This document shows, piece by piece, positions 48,601 to 58,610 of a DNA stretch of 64,000 nucleotides (positions are counted from its first letter, which is position 1; every line of letters begins with the position of its first letter). Source of the stretch: Candidatus Multivorans sp. (lineage in GTDB: Bacteria; Acidobacteriota; Thermoanaerobaculia; Multivoradales; Multivoraceae); assembly GCA_965224025.1 (NCBI GenBank), contig OZ245033.1:2048001-2112000 (forward strand). The letters are read 5' to 3'. A program made the translations under genes and the position numbers. The notes below the pieces were generated by a model. The model saw nothing but the letters and a program-made list of their open reading frames with translations, did not search any database and was not told the DNA's origin.

Positions 48601-49676
48601 TGCTGCTCGACCTGCTGCTGCCGCTCGGCGAGAGGATGGCACCCTTCAACGTCGTCCAGTACATCACCTTTCGCTGCGCCTGCGCCGCGGTGACGGGTGT
48701 CCTGCTGAGCCTGACGCTGGGTCCCAGTTTCATCCGCGCCGCCCGGCGCCTGTCGATCGGACAGGCGATCCGCGAGGAGGGCCCGGAGCGGCACAAGAGC
48801 AAGGCCGGCACGCCGACCATGGGGGGACTGCTCATTCTCACCGCGGTGATCGTTCCCACCCTGCTGTGGTCCGACCTGTCGAACGTTTACGTGTGGCTCG
48901 CGGTCGGCACGACGATCGCGCTCGGCGCGGTCGGCTTCGTCGACGACCTGTTCAAGGTCCGGCGGCGCCACAACAAGGGCCTTGGCATGAAGGCGAAGTT
49001 CGGCCTGCAGCTCGCGGTGGGCGCGGCGCTCGGCGCCGGCCTGGTCGGCCTGACGGATCTCGACCTGAACCTGAGCTTTCCCTTCTTCAAGACCCTGTTG
49101 ATCGAACTCGGGCCGTTCTACATTCCCTTCGTCGCCATCCTGATCGCCGGTTCGTCGAATGCGGTGAACCTCACCGACGGGCTCGACGGCCTGGCGATCG
49201 GCGCCACCCTGGTGGCGGCGGCGACCTACGCGATCTTCGCCTACATCGCGGGCAACTCGATCGCCGCCCGCTACCTGCAGGTGCCCTACGTCCCGGGGGC
49301 GGGCGAGGTCGCGATCATCTGCTCCGCACTGGTCGGCGCCAGCCTCGGCTTCCTTTGGTTCAACGCCCATCCGGCGCAGGTGTTCATGGGCGATGTCGGC
49401 TCGCTGGCGATCGGCGGCACGATCGGCGCGGTGGCGGTGCTCTCCAAGCAGGAGCTGCTGCTCGTGCTGGTCGGCGGGCTGTTCGTGCTGGAAGCGTTGT
49501 CCGTGATCGTCCAGGTGGCGTCCTACAAGATGACCGGGCGCCGGGTGCTTCGCATGGCGCCGCTCCACCATCACTTCGAGCTCCGGGGCTGGAGCGAGAA
49601 CCAGGTCATCGTGCGGTTCTGGATTCTCGCCGTGCTGTTCGCCTTTCTCGGGCTGTCGACGTTGAAGTTGAGGTAA
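48600..49676 (+). CDS. mraY: Phospho-MurNAc-pentapeptide transferase
   Basis: GTPTMGG, NAVNLTDGLDG, FMGDVG, APLHHHFE. Confidence 0.97.
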   Translation: MLLDLLLPLGERMAPFNVVQYITFRCACAAVTGVLLSLTLGPSFIRAARRLSIGQAIREEGPERHKSKAGTPTMGGLLILTAVIVPTLLWSDLSNVYVWLAVGTTIALGAVGFVDDLFKVRRRHNKGLGMKAKFGLQLAVGAALGAGLVGLTDLDLNLSFPFFKTLLIELGPFYIPFVAILIAGSSNAVNLTDGLDGLAIGATLVAAATYAIFAYIAGNSIAARYLQVPYVPGAGEVAIICSALVGASLGFLWFNAHPAQVFMGDVGSLAIGGTIGAVAVLSKQELLLVLVGGLFVLEALSVIVQVASYKMTGRRVLRMAPLHHHFELRGWSENQVIVRFWILAVLFAFLGLSTLKLR

Positions 49677-49681
49677 CGGCG

Positions 49682-51133
49682 TTGGTCGAGTCGAGCAGCA
49701 GCACGTCCGCGGTCCCGGCGCCGCCGGTGTCCGCGTGGCGGCGGGCCCTGGTCTATGGGCTGGGCCTTTCCGGCGTGGCCGCGGCACGCGTACTGAGTGA
49801 CCGCGGTGTCCGTGTGGCGGCCGTCGATGGCCGTCCCGCCTCCGATCTGGGATCCGCGGCTCGGGAACTCCTGCGGACAGGACGGGTCGAGACGTTGCTG
49901 AACGAACAGGCCGAGCTCCCGTCCGACGTCGATGCGGTCGTCCTGAGTCCCGGCGTGCCGCCGAACCGGCCCCTTCTGCGGAGCGCCCGATCGGAGAAGA
50001 CGCCGGTTCTGGCAGAAGTGGAACTCGCCTGGCGCCTGCTGGAGGGGTCGGCGGCGCCGACGGTGGTGGCGATCACCGGCAGCAACGGCAAGAGCACGAC
50101 GGCCGCTCTCACCGGCGCCCTGCTCGAAGCAGCGGGTTACCCGGTCGAGGTCTGCGGCAACATCGGCACGCCGCTTTCCGCACGCGTCGACGGACCGCCC
50201 GGGCGCGTGTTCGTGGTCGAACTCTCGAGCTTCCAGCTCGAGGCCATAGGCGGCTTCCGTCCCCGGGCGGCGGCGCTCCTGAACATCAGCCCCGACCATC
50301 TCGACCGCTACCGCAACGTGGCCGAGTACGCGGCCGCGAAGGCGCGTATCTTCTGCAACCAGGTACGCGGAGACATCGCCGTGGTGAACGGCGACGACTC
50401 CGGGGCGCGCCGGCTCGCGACCGACCGGGAGGAGGCATCGGCCCAGGTTAGGCGGCGCTTCTTCTCGCGTCTCCGTCAGGTCGAGGACGGTTGTTACCTG
50501 GACCGCGACCGGGTGATCGAGGTCGGCCCCGACGTTCGGCGCGAGCTGTTCCGGCTCGACGATCTGGCGTTGGATGGGCTGCACAACGTGGAGAACGCGA
50601 TGGCGGCCGCGCTGCTCGCGTCGGCCGTCGGCGCCGACCCGCACGGTTTCACGCCGGGTCTTCGTGGCTTTGCCGGCCTGCCCCACCGGATGCGTCTGGT
50701 CGACATCGTGGACGGTGTCCGCTACTACAACGACTCGAAGGCAACCAACCCGGCGGCGTCGACGCGGGCGTTGGCCGGTTTCGCCGAGCGCTCCGTTCAC
50801 CTGATTCTGGGTGGCCGGGCCAAGGGGGAAGGCGCCGACTTCGCCGAACTGGCGGCGATGGCGGCGACCAGGGCGGCGGCGGTCTACCTGATCGGCGAGG
50901 CCGCCGATGCGATCGCATCCGTGTTGCCCGAAGGCGCCGCGCGTCACTGCTGCGGTTCGCTCGAACGGGCGGTCGAGGCGGCATCCGCCGCGTCGAGCCG
51001 GGGCGAGAACGTGCTGCTCTCGCCGGCCTGCGCCAGCTTCGACCAGTTCGAGGACTTCGCCGACCGCGGCCGTCAGTTCGAGCGTCAGGTCGAAGCTCTG
51101 GCGGCAGCTCGCGAAAGGGGCGGCGATGGCTAA
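49682..51133 (+). CDS. murD: UDP-MurNAc-Ala-D-Glu ligase
   Basis: GLGLSG, TGSNGKST, ELSSFQL, NDSKATN, SPACASFDQF. Start approximate. Confidence 0.93.
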   Translation: MVESSSSTSAVPAPPVSAWRRALVYGLGLSGVAAARVLSDRGVRVAAVDGRPASDLGSAARELLRTGRVETLLNEQAELPSDVDAVVLSPGVPPNRPLLRSARSEKTPVLAEVELAWRLLEGSAAPTVVAITGSNGKSTTAALTGALLEAAGYPVEVCGNIGTPLSARVDGPPGRVFVVELSSFQLEAIGGFRPRAAALLNISPDHLDRYRNVAEYAAAKARIFCNQVRGDIAVVNGDDSGARRLATDREEASAQVRRRFFSRLRQVEDGCYLDRDRVIEVGPDVRRELFRLDDLALDGLHNVENAMAAALLASAVGADPHGFTPGLRGFAGLPHRMRLVDIVDGVRYYNDSKATNPAASTRALAGFAERSVHLILGGRAKGEGADFAELAAMAATRAAAVYLIGEAADAIASVLPEGAARHCCGSLERAVEAASAASSRGENVLLSPACASFDQFEDFADRGRQFERQVEALAAARERGGDG

Positions 51134-52202
51134 GAAGCTCGCCATCGACAAGGTGCTCTTCACGGTCGTCGTCCTGCTGGTGGTGGGGGGTCTGGTCGTG
51201 GTCTATTCGGCCAACCCGCCCGAACCCGATGGCGGCTTCAAGCGGCAGTTCGTCACCCAGTTGGCGGCGGCGATCGTCGGTCTCGCGGCGATGCTGGTGG
51301 TGATGAGCATCGACTACCGGCGCTGGGCCAGACCGTGGTTGGTGTACGCCGGCCTCGGCGTCTCGCTCGGGCTGCTTGGCATCGTGTTGGCATCGCCGCC
51401 GATCAACGGCAGCAGCCGGTGGTTGTCCCTTGGACCGCTGACGTTCCAGCCGTCGGAGCTGGCCAAGGTCGCGGTGATCCTCTTTCTCGCGTACCAGATC
51501 CACCGCTGCCCCGAGGGTGTCAGTCAGCCCCGGGTACTCGTGCCGTGCGGAATCGCCGTCGGCCTGGTGACCCTGCTGGTGCTGCAGGCCCCGGACTTCG
51601 GCAGCGCCGCGTTGATCCTGGGGATCTCGGCGGTCATGCTGTTTCTCGCGGGTCTGTCCTGGCGCTGGATCGTGCCCGGGTTGCTTGTGTTCCCGGCGCT
51701 GTTGGGGCTCTTCATCTGGTCGGAGCCCTACCGCGTGGAGCGGGTGATGGGATTCCTCTCGCCGGAGACCGACCCTTCGGGCAACGGCTTCCAGGTGTTG
51801 CAGTCGCTGATCGCGATCGGCTCGGGCGGCGTGACCGGTCAGGGACTGGGCGAGAGCGCCCAGAAGCTCTACTTCCTGCCGCTCGCGAGTTCCGACTTCA
51901 TCTTCTCGATCGTCAGCGAGGAGCTCGGATTGATCGGCGCCGCCGCGGTACTGGCCGCCTTCGTCGTTCTCGCCTGGCGGGGCTACGTCGCCGGGCACCG
52001 GGCCCCGGACCCGTTCGGCCGGTTTCTCGCCTGGGGACTGACGTCGACGGTGCTCATCCAGGCGCTCGTCAACATCAGCGTCACCGTCGGACTGGTGCCG
52101 GTCACCGGTACGCCTCTGCCGTTTCTGTCGCACGGCGGATCCTCCCTGGTCATGACCCTGGTCGCGTGCGGCCTGCTGTTGAGTGTTTCGGAGCATGGAT
52201 GA
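51126..52202 (+). CDS. ftsW: SEDS peptidoglycan polymerase FtsW
   Basis: FQPSELAK, PDFG, DFIFSIVSEELG, LPFLSHGGSS. Confidence 0.95.
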   Translation: MAKKLAIDKVLFTVVVLLVVGGLVVVYSANPPEPDGGFKRQFVTQLAAAIVGLAAMLVVMSIDYRRWARPWLVYAGLGVSLGLLGIVLASPPINGSSRWLSLGPLTFQPSELAKVAVILFLAYQIHRCPEGVSQPRVLVPCGIAVGLVTLLVLQAPDFGSAALILGISAVMLFLAGLSWRWIVPGLLVFPALLGLFIWSEPYRVERVMGFLSPETDPSGNGFQVLQSLIAIGSGGVTGQGLGESAQKLYFLPLASSDFIFSIVSEELGLIGAAAVLAAFVVLAWRGYVAGHRAPDPFGRFLAWGLTSTVLIQALVNISVTVGLVPVTGTPLPFLSHGGSSLVMTLVACGLLLSVSEHG

Positions 52203-53311
52203 GCGTGCCCACTCACCGTCCTTCGGTGGTCTTCTCCGGTGGTGGAACCGGCGGACACGTGTTCCCCGGCCTGGCCGTGGCCGAGGAACTCCGGCGCCTC
52301 GGTTGGCGCACGGCGTGGATCGGGCGCGGGCGGAGCCTCGAGGAACGGTTGGTTGCCGCGGCGGGGCTCGAGTTCAGAGCGTTGCCGGCGCGGGCGTTCG
52401 TGGATCGCGGCGCCCTGGCGCGAGCCATCGCCCTGGGCGTTCTGGCGTGTTCGACGCTGCGGGCCGCCGTGCTGCTGCGGCGTCTTCGTGCCGCGGTGGT
52501 GTTCGCCACCGGCGGCTTCGCCTGCGCTCCGGCAGCGCTGGCGGCGCGACTGAACGGATCCGGTCTCTACCTGCTCGAACCGAACGCGCGGAGCGGCGCG
52601 GCGAACCGGCTGCTGTCGCGGTTCGCGACGGAGGCGGGGACTGCTTTCGAGTCCGCCGCGAAGCAGTTGGCTTGCGAAGCGCGGCTGGTTGGGGTTCCGG
52701 TACGGCGGGCCTTCCACCGTGTTGGCGAACCGCGGCTCCAGACCGACTGCACGCGGCTGCTGGTGCTCGGCGGCAGCCAGGGCTCGGATGCCCTCAACCG
52801 CGAACTGCCGGGACTGTTCGCTCGGGTCGCCCGGCGGACAGCCATCGACGTAACGCATCAATCGGGACCTTCCGGGGTCGACGACACTCGCGACCGCTAC
52901 CTGGAACTCGCGACGCCGTCGTTTCAGGCCACGATCGAGGGGTTCATCGAGGACACCGCCGGCGCGATGGCGGCTCACGACCTGATCGTCTCGCGGGCGG
53001 GTGCGGTGACGGTGGCCGAGGTGGCCGCGGCCGGCCGGCCGGCGATCTACGTGCCGCTGCCGCTGGCCGCGGGGCACCAGCGCGGCAACGCGCAGGCGAT
53101 GGTCGATGCGGGAGCGGCGATCCTGGTGGAGCAGGACGATCTGCGGGGCGAGGAGGCCGTGGAGCGATGCGAAGAGTTGATCGCGGATCGCGACCGGCTC
53201 TCGTCCATGGCCCGGGCGGCGCGCGCCCACGGCGGAGGGGATGCGGCGCGCGCCGTCGCGGAGCGGGTATGCGCGATCGCTGGCGCCTCCAGGGCCGGAA
53301 GGACGCCCTGA
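52199..53311 (+). CDS. murG: Lipid II N-acetylglucosaminyltransferase
   Basis: GGGTGGHVFP, GGSQG, SRAGA, HQRGNA. Confidence 0.95.
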   Translation: MSVPTHRPSVVFSGGGTGGHVFPGLAVAEELRRLGWRTAWIGRGRSLEERLVAAAGLEFRALPARAFVDRGALARAIALGVLACSTLRAAVLLRRLRAAVVFATGGFACAPAALAARLNGSGLYLLEPNARSGAANRLLSRFATEAGTAFESAAKQLACEARLVGVPVRRAFHRVGEPRLQTDCTRLLVLGGSQGSDALNRELPGLFARVARRTAIDVTHQSGPSGVDDTRDRYLELATPSFQATIEGFIEDTAGAMAAHDLIVSRAGAVTVAEVAAAGRPAIYVPLPLAAGHQRGNAQAMVDAGAAILVEQDDLRGEEAVERCEELIADRDRLSSMARAARAHGGGDAARAVAERVCAIAGASRAGRTP

Positions 53312-54732
53312 TGCCTCTGTTCCTGCGCACCGCGGGCCTGGAACGGATCCACTTCGTGGGCATCGGTGGCGCCGGAATGAGCGGTATCGCGGAAGTCCTG
53401 CTCAACTACGACCTCGCGATCAGCGGCTCCGATCTGGAGGCGAACGAAACGACACGGCGGCTTGCCGGGCTCGGCGCGGCAGTCTTCGTCGGCCACTCGG
53501 CGGAGAACGTGGGGCAGGCCGACCTGGTCGTCGTTTCCTCGGCGGTCCCCGCCGGCAACGAAGAGGTCGTTGCCGCGCGCCGGCGCGGCGTCCCGATCGT
53601 GCGCAGAGCCCAGATGCTGGCGGAGCTGATGCGACTCAAGTACGGCATCGCCGTGGCGGGTACGCACGGCAAGACGACCACGACGTCGCTCGTGGGCAGC
53701 GTACTGACCGAGGCGGGCCTCGACCCGACCGTCGTCGTCGGCGGCCGGCTCCGGGTGTCCGGCACGGGAGCGCGCCACGGCAAGAGCGACTACCTGGTTG
53801 CCGAGGCGGACGAGTTCGACCGCAGCTTCCTCGATCTGGCGCCGGTGATCGCCGTGATCACGAACATCGATGTCGATCACCTGGACACCTACCGCGACCT
53901 GGCCGACATCAGGGATGCCTTCCTGCGCTTTGCCAGCCGGGTTCCCTTCTTCGGCCGGATCATCGCTTGCGTCGACGACCCGAACGTGCGGGACATGCTG
54001 CCCCGCCTCGCGGACCGACGGATCGTCACCTACGGCTTCGGTTCGCGGGCGGACCTGCGGGCGTCCGGCGCCGAGCCTGTTGCCTCCGGCATGCGCTTCG
54101 AGGTCGTCGATTCGGCCGCGGGCCGTCTCGGCACGCTCGAACTGCCGATGCCCGGTCGACACAACGTCCTCAACGCGCTGGCGGCGGTGGCCTCGGCCCG
54201 CGCCATAGGAGTCGACTTCGAGACGGCCGCTCATGTGCTTTCCGGTTTCTCCGGCGTTCACCGGCGTTTCGAGCGCGTGGGCAGTTGGCGGGGAGCGAGC
54301 GTCGTCGATGACTACGCGCACCACCCGACCGAGGTCGAGGCGACCCTCCGGGCCGCTCGCGAGGTGCTGGATCTCGGGCGGGAAGGGGGGCGGCCGCGTC
54401 GGCTTCACGCCGTGTTTCAGCCTCACCTGTTCAGTCGGACGCGGGACCTGGCGGACGACTTCGGCCGTGCCCTGCTGCTGGCTGACAATGCTCTGGTCAC
54501 CGACATCTATCCGTCTCGTGAGAAGCCGCTTCCCGGCGTGGATGGGAGTCTGGTGGTCGCGGCGGCCGCCGGCCGCGGCCACCCCAGCGTCCGGGGTTGC
54601 GGCCCTTGGCGCATGGCGCCCGAGCGCCTCGGTTCGGCGGTCCGCGAGGGAGACATGATCCTCACTCTCGGGGCCGGGGATATCTTCCGGTTGGCCCGAC
54701 TCCTCGTGGCTGATGGGGAGAACGGAAGATGA
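53311..54732 (+). CDS. murC: UDP-MurNAc-L-alanine ligase
   Basis: HFVGIGGAGMSG, GTHGKTTT, EADEFD, DDYAHHP, FQPH. Confidence 0.96.
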   Translation: MPLFLRTAGLERIHFVGIGGAGMSGIAEVLLNYDLAISGSDLEANETTRRLAGLGAAVFVGHSAENVGQADLVVVSSAVPAGNEEVVAARRRGVPIVRRAQMLAELMRLKYGIAVAGTHGKTTTTSLVGSVLTEAGLDPTVVVGGRLRVSGTGARHGKSDYLVAEADEFDRSFLDLAPVIAVITNIDVDHLDTYRDLADIRDAFLRFASRVPFFGRIIACVDDPNVRDMLPRLADRRIVTYGFGSRADLRASGAEPVASGMRFEVVDSAAGRLGTLELPMPGRHNVLNALAAVASARAIGVDFETAAHVLSGFSGVHRRFERVGSWRGASVVDDYAHHPTEVEATLRAAREVLDLGREGGRPRRLHAVFQPHLFSRTRDLADDFGRALLLADNALVTDIYPSREKPLPGVDGSLVVAAAAGRGHPSVRGCGPWRMAPERLGSAVREGDMILTLGAGDIFRLARLLVADGENGR

Positions 54733-55667
54733 GTCGCGGCAGGACCGGGCTACCTCTCGTCGGGCGCCGGACCGTGCGCCGTCGTCGCTCGCGGCCCGTC
54801 GCCTGGTTTGCGATGGGAGTCGGCAAGGTGCTTCTGGGCGTGGCGCCGGCCGTGGCGGTTGGCGTGTGGCTGGCGACGGCGCCTGTGTTCGACCTGAAGC
54901 CCGATATCGGCGTCGAGACAGGGCCGAGGGTGTCCGAGGAGTGGGTGCACGACCGGCTTGCCGGCCTGGTGGGACGCAACCTGCCGATGCTGTCCCTGGA
55001 GGGCGCCGCGGTGCGGCTCGAGCACGAGTGGGTGCGTGAGGCGAAATTGGTGAAGAGGCTGCCGAACCAACTCGACGTGCGGATCGTGGAACACGAGCCG
55101 GCGGCGGTGTTCGAGTCCGGAGATCGGTCGTGGATCCTCGATCGTGACGGCCGGGCGATCGTGGCCTGCGAGCGCGCCGCCGATCTCTGCGACGGCAATG
55201 CGGGCGGAGGCGCCGGGAACACGCTGATTCGAGTGTCGATTCAGAGCGGGCTGCTCGGGGAGCGTGTCTGGGAGAATCCGGCGCGGAATCCGGGTGTCCT
55301 GGGACTCGCTTCAAGGGACGTCTCGGGCGAAGTGCTCGCGCGGACGCTGAAACGGGCGCTCGACGTGGCGACCGAAGTCAGGGCGTTCGAGTGGGGACGG
55401 CAGGTCCGGGCGGTGGAGGTAATCAGCTTCGGGATCGTTGACGACGACTATCTGCTCGAACGAAGCGGCCGGCCGGCGACTGTCCTGGTGCGCGGAAACG
55501 ATCTTACCGCGAAGGGCTCGGTGTTCGAGCTGCTGCAGGTGGCGATCAGGGAACACAGCGATCCCGAGGTCGTCGACCTGCGGTTCAGGGACCGGATCGT
55601 GCTGTCGACGGAAGCGCCGGGCGCCGGCGGTTCGGCCAGCGTGGTGAAGGGTGGAGATCCCTCATAG
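54729..55667 (+). CDS. ftsQ: Cell division protein FtsQ
   Basis: TM helix, POTRA-like WVREAKLVKRLPNQL, C-terminal VDLRF; located before ftsA. Confidence 0.85.
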   Translation: MSRGRTGLPLVGRRTVRRRRSRPVAWFAMGVGKVLLGVAPAVAVGVWLATAPVFDLKPDIGVETGPRVSEEWVHDRLAGLVGRNLPMLSLEGAAVRLEHEWVREAKLVKRLPNQLDVRIVEHEPAAVFESGDRSWILDRDGRAIVACERAADLCDGNAGGGAGNTLIRVSIQSGLLGERVWENPARNPGVLGLASRDVSGEVLARTLKRALDVATEVRAFEWGRQVRAVEVISFGIVDDDYLLERSGRPATVLVRGNDLTAKGSVFELLQVAIREHSDPEVVDLRFRDRIVLSTEAPGAGGSASVVKGGDPS

Positions 55668-55684
55668 CAGGGGAGGACGAGACG

Positions 55685-56935
55685 ATGCCGAAGACGGACA
55701 CACGTTTCGTAGCCATCGATGTCGGCTCGGCGAAGGTCGCCGTGCTGATCGTCGAGCGCACCGAGATCGACGGGGAGCCCGGCCTGAAGGTCGTGGGGGT
55801 TGGCAAGGCGCCCAACCGCGGCACGCTCAAGGGCCACATCGTGAACGTCGACGCGACGGTCAACTCGCTGCGGCGGGCCACCGAAGAGGCCGAAGCGATG
55901 GCGGGAACCGAGATTTCCCGCGCCTTTGTCGGTGTCGGCGGCAGCGATCTGCGATCCGCGAACAGTCACGGCACGGCCTACATCGACGGCAGCTACCGAG
56001 GCATAGCGCGCGCCGACATCGATCTGGTTCTGAACGCCGCCCGGGACGTGCCGCTTCCTCCCGACCGCGAGATCCTGCACGCGATCCCGCAGGAGTTCGC
56101 GGTCGACGATCACGGGGGCATAGCCGACCCGCAAGGGATGCTGGGAAGCCGTCTCGAGGCCAAGGTTCATTTGGTCATGGGGCATGCACCGCGAACGAAG
56201 ACCCTGGTCCGGTGCCTGAACCAGGCGGGCGTGGAGGCGGCGGAGGTCGTGTTCGAGCCGTTGGCCACGGCGGAAGCGGTCCTGCTTCCCGATGAGCGCG
56301 AACTCGGCGTTCTGATGCTGGAGATCGGATCGGGCACCTGCGGATTCGCGTTCTTCCACCAATCGGAAGTCCAGCACAGCGGCGTCCTTCCGTTCGGCGC
56401 CAGCCACTTCACGGCCGACCTGGCTTCCGTGCTGCGAACCTCGTTCGCCGGCGCTGAAACGCTGAAGCTCCGCGACGGCTCCTGCCTCCCCGGTCTGGTT
56501 GACGGCGCCGAGAGAGTGACCGTGCCGACCGTGGGGGGAGGCGCAAGCCGGACGATCGCGCGGGCGAAGCTTGCCGAGATTCTGCAGGCGCGCGCCGAGG
56601 AAATATTCCATCTCGTTCAGGTCGAGATGGAGAAAGCGGGCTGCGCCGATCAGCTCCGGGGCGGAATCGTCCTCACCGGCGGCGGTTCGAAGCTGGCCGG
56701 TCTTCCCGAACTGGCTCAGCAGTTCTTTTCGTGCGACGCCCGCTACGGAGTGCCGCTCGGTCTCACCAGCGAGATCGAGGGTCTTGCCGATCCGACATGG
56801 GCTACCGCCGCCGGCCTTGTGCGTTACGCCATCGCCGCGGAGCAGGTCCGTCTACCGCTCGTGCGCCAGGGCGCCGTTCGCGGAGTGCGCGGGGTGATGG
56901 GCAGCCTGCGTCAGATGTTCAGCGATCTTCTCTGA
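55685..56935 (+). CDS. ftsA: Cell division protein FtsA
   Basis: AIDVGSAK, EIGSGT, AETLK, VLTGGGS, C-terminal amphipathic helix. Confidence 0.95.
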   Translation: MPKTDTRFVAIDVGSAKVAVLIVERTEIDGEPGLKVVGVGKAPNRGTLKGHIVNVDATVNSLRRATEEAEAMAGTEISRAFVGVGGSDLRSANSHGTAYIDGSYRGIARADIDLVLNAARDVPLPPDREILHAIPQEFAVDDHGGIADPQGMLGSRLEAKVHLVMGHAPRTKTLVRCLNQAGVEAAEVVFEPLATAEAVLLPDERELGVLMLEIGSGTCGFAFFHQSEVQHSGVLPFGASHFTADLASVLRTSFAGAETLKLRDGSCLPGLVDGAERVTVPTVGGGASRTIARAKLAEILQARAEEIFHLVQVEMEKAGCADQLRGGIVLTGGGSKLAGLPELAQQFFSCDARYGVPLGLTSEIEGLADPTWATAAGLVRYAIAAEQVRLPLVRQGAVRGVRGVMGSLRQMFSDLL

Positions 56936-56976
56936 TCTTGAGTTACTGAACCGGAGGGTTCGAAAGGGAGAGTGCC

Positions 56977-58257
56977 ATGATTCTGATGGAAGAGCAGGCG
57001 CCGGCCGTGATGGAGCCGACAACCTGTGAGGAGGCTTTAGCCGAGGAGAGCTTCGGTCCGGCCCAGATCAAGGTCGTCGGCGTCGGCGGCGGCGGCGGCA
57101 ATGCCGTCAACCGGATGATTGCCAGCAGCCTGAGCGGCATTGAGTTCATCGCGGCCAACACCGACCTGCAGGCGCTCCGACGCTGCGAGGCGGAAACGAA
57201 GCTGCAGCTCGGCCGCAAGATCACGCGCGGCCTCGGCGCGGGGGCCGACCCGGACATCGGACGCAACTCGGCGCTGGAGGACACGGACAAGATCCTCGAT
57301 GTGCTGGGCGGCGCCGACATGGTCTTCCTGGCGGCGGGGCTCGGCGGCGGAACCGGCTCGGGCGCGGTGCCCATCATCGGTTCCCTGGCGGCCGAGGCCG
57401 GAGCTCTGACCGTGGCGGTGGTCACGAAGCCGTTCGCCTTCGAGGGCCGGCGGCGGATGCTGATCGCGGAGCGCGGTCTGGAAGAGCTGCACAAGGCAGT
57501 CGACACGGTCATCGCGATCCCGAACGAGCGGCTGCTGAGCTTCGTCGATCGGGGTACGTCGCTTTCTGAGGCCTTCCTCACCGCGGACGACGTCCTGCGC
57601 CAGTCGGTTCAGGGCATCAGTGACCTGATCACGATGCCAGGCGAGGTCAACGCCGACTTCGCGGACGTGCGGGCCATCATGTGCGGCCAGGGGATCGCGG
57701 TCATGGGCACGGGCCTGGCGTCGGGCGAGAACCGGGCGCTTGAGGCGGCCCAGCGCGCCGTGTCATCGCCCCTGCTCGAGGACGCCTCGATCGAGGGCGC
57801 CAGGGGCTGCCTGATCAACATCACGGGCGGCAGTTCGCTGACGCTCCACGAGGTAGCCGAAGCGGCCCGCATGGTCACCGAGGCGGTGGACCCGAACGCG
57901 AACATCATCTCCGGTCTGGTGGTCGACGAGACGATGGACGAGGAGATGAAGGTCACCGTGATCGCGACCGGCTTCGCCGAAGATCGGCAGCCTCGGGTGG
58001 ACGGCCTGGAGTCGAAGCCTGAGGGCGTCGGGACGGATGAGGCTGCAGATTCGCCCGAGGGTCTCGCCGCCGCCGGGCAGGCGGCGGCCGCGGCTCTCGA
58101 GGGGGACGCGGCCGAGGACAAGGACGCCGACAAGGCGGGCTTCCGCGATCGCCTGCTCGCCGAGCGCCACAAGATCGATCCGGGCGGTTTCGGCCCGAAT
58201 TGGAGAAACGTGGACGACTACGACATCCCGACGGTGCTGCGCAAGCAGATGGACTGA
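56977..58257 (+). CDS. ftsZ: Cell division protein FtsZ
   Basis: [23 protein letters not shown]-terminal [11 protein letters not shown]. Confidence 0.97.
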   Translation: MILMEEQAPAVMEPTTCEEALAEESFGPAQIKVVGVGGGGGNAVNRMIASSLSGIEFIAANTDLQALRRCEAETKLQLGRKITRGLGAGADPDIGRNSALEDTDKILDVLGGADMVFLAAGLGGGTGSGAVPIIGSLAAEAGALTVAVVTKPFAFEGRRRMLIAERGLEELHKAVDTVIAIPNERLLSFVDRGTSLSEAFLTADDVLRQSVQGISDLITMPGEVNADFADVRAIMCGQGIAVMGTGLASGENRALEAAQRAVSSPLLEDASIEGARGCLINITGGSSLTLHEVAEAARMVTEAVDPNANIISGLVVDETMDEEMKVTVIATGFAEDRQPRVDGLESKPEGVGTDEAADSPEGLAAAGQAAAAALEGDAAEDKDADKAGFRDRLLAERHKIDPGGFGPNWRNVDDYDIPTVLRKQMD

Positions 58258-58591
58258 AGGCCACAAAAGAGCCCCGACGGCCGCGCCCGCTTCTTGGCCA
58301 AGCCGAAGCTCGGAGGTGGTGGACATGGGACAAGGCTACGAGAGTGCTTTCCAATCCTGAAATGAGCGTGAACGGGACCGTCATGAAGAATCGAGTCGGG
58401 TCGGTCTCGGGGTAGTTCTGGGGCGGCAGACGGTTCTGCACCGTCTGCCGCCTACGGTAGCGCCCGCTGCGAGGCCGCGGCGGGTTACGGGCGTTGTGTT
58501 CCGGCCTGGGCCGGTGGTGGCGTGCGGTGTATGGCATCGGGCTGCGCGGTCTGCGGTCAGCACGACGGTGCTGCGCAAGCAGATGGACTGA
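58229..58591 (+). repeat. 29-bp exact direct repeat of the ftsZ 3' end flanking a 305-bp spacer
   Basis: CGACGGTGCTGCGCAAGCAGATGGACTGA at 58229-58257 and 58563-58591. Confidence 0.92.
58422..58455. repeat. 13-bp perfect hairpin, GTAG-type REP-like or terminator
   Basis: GGCGGCAGACGGT-TCTGC-ACCGTCTGCCGCC-TAC; GTAG leads the stem on the minus strand. Confidence 0.6.
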
Positions 58592-58610
58592 GCCGCCGAA
58601 GTGGCCAGAG

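Noticed and set aside
54732-55685. murB and ddl absent between murC and ftsQ
   Set aside because: This is a common lineage-level variation of the dcw cluster, and the murC/ftsQ overlap shows no scar.
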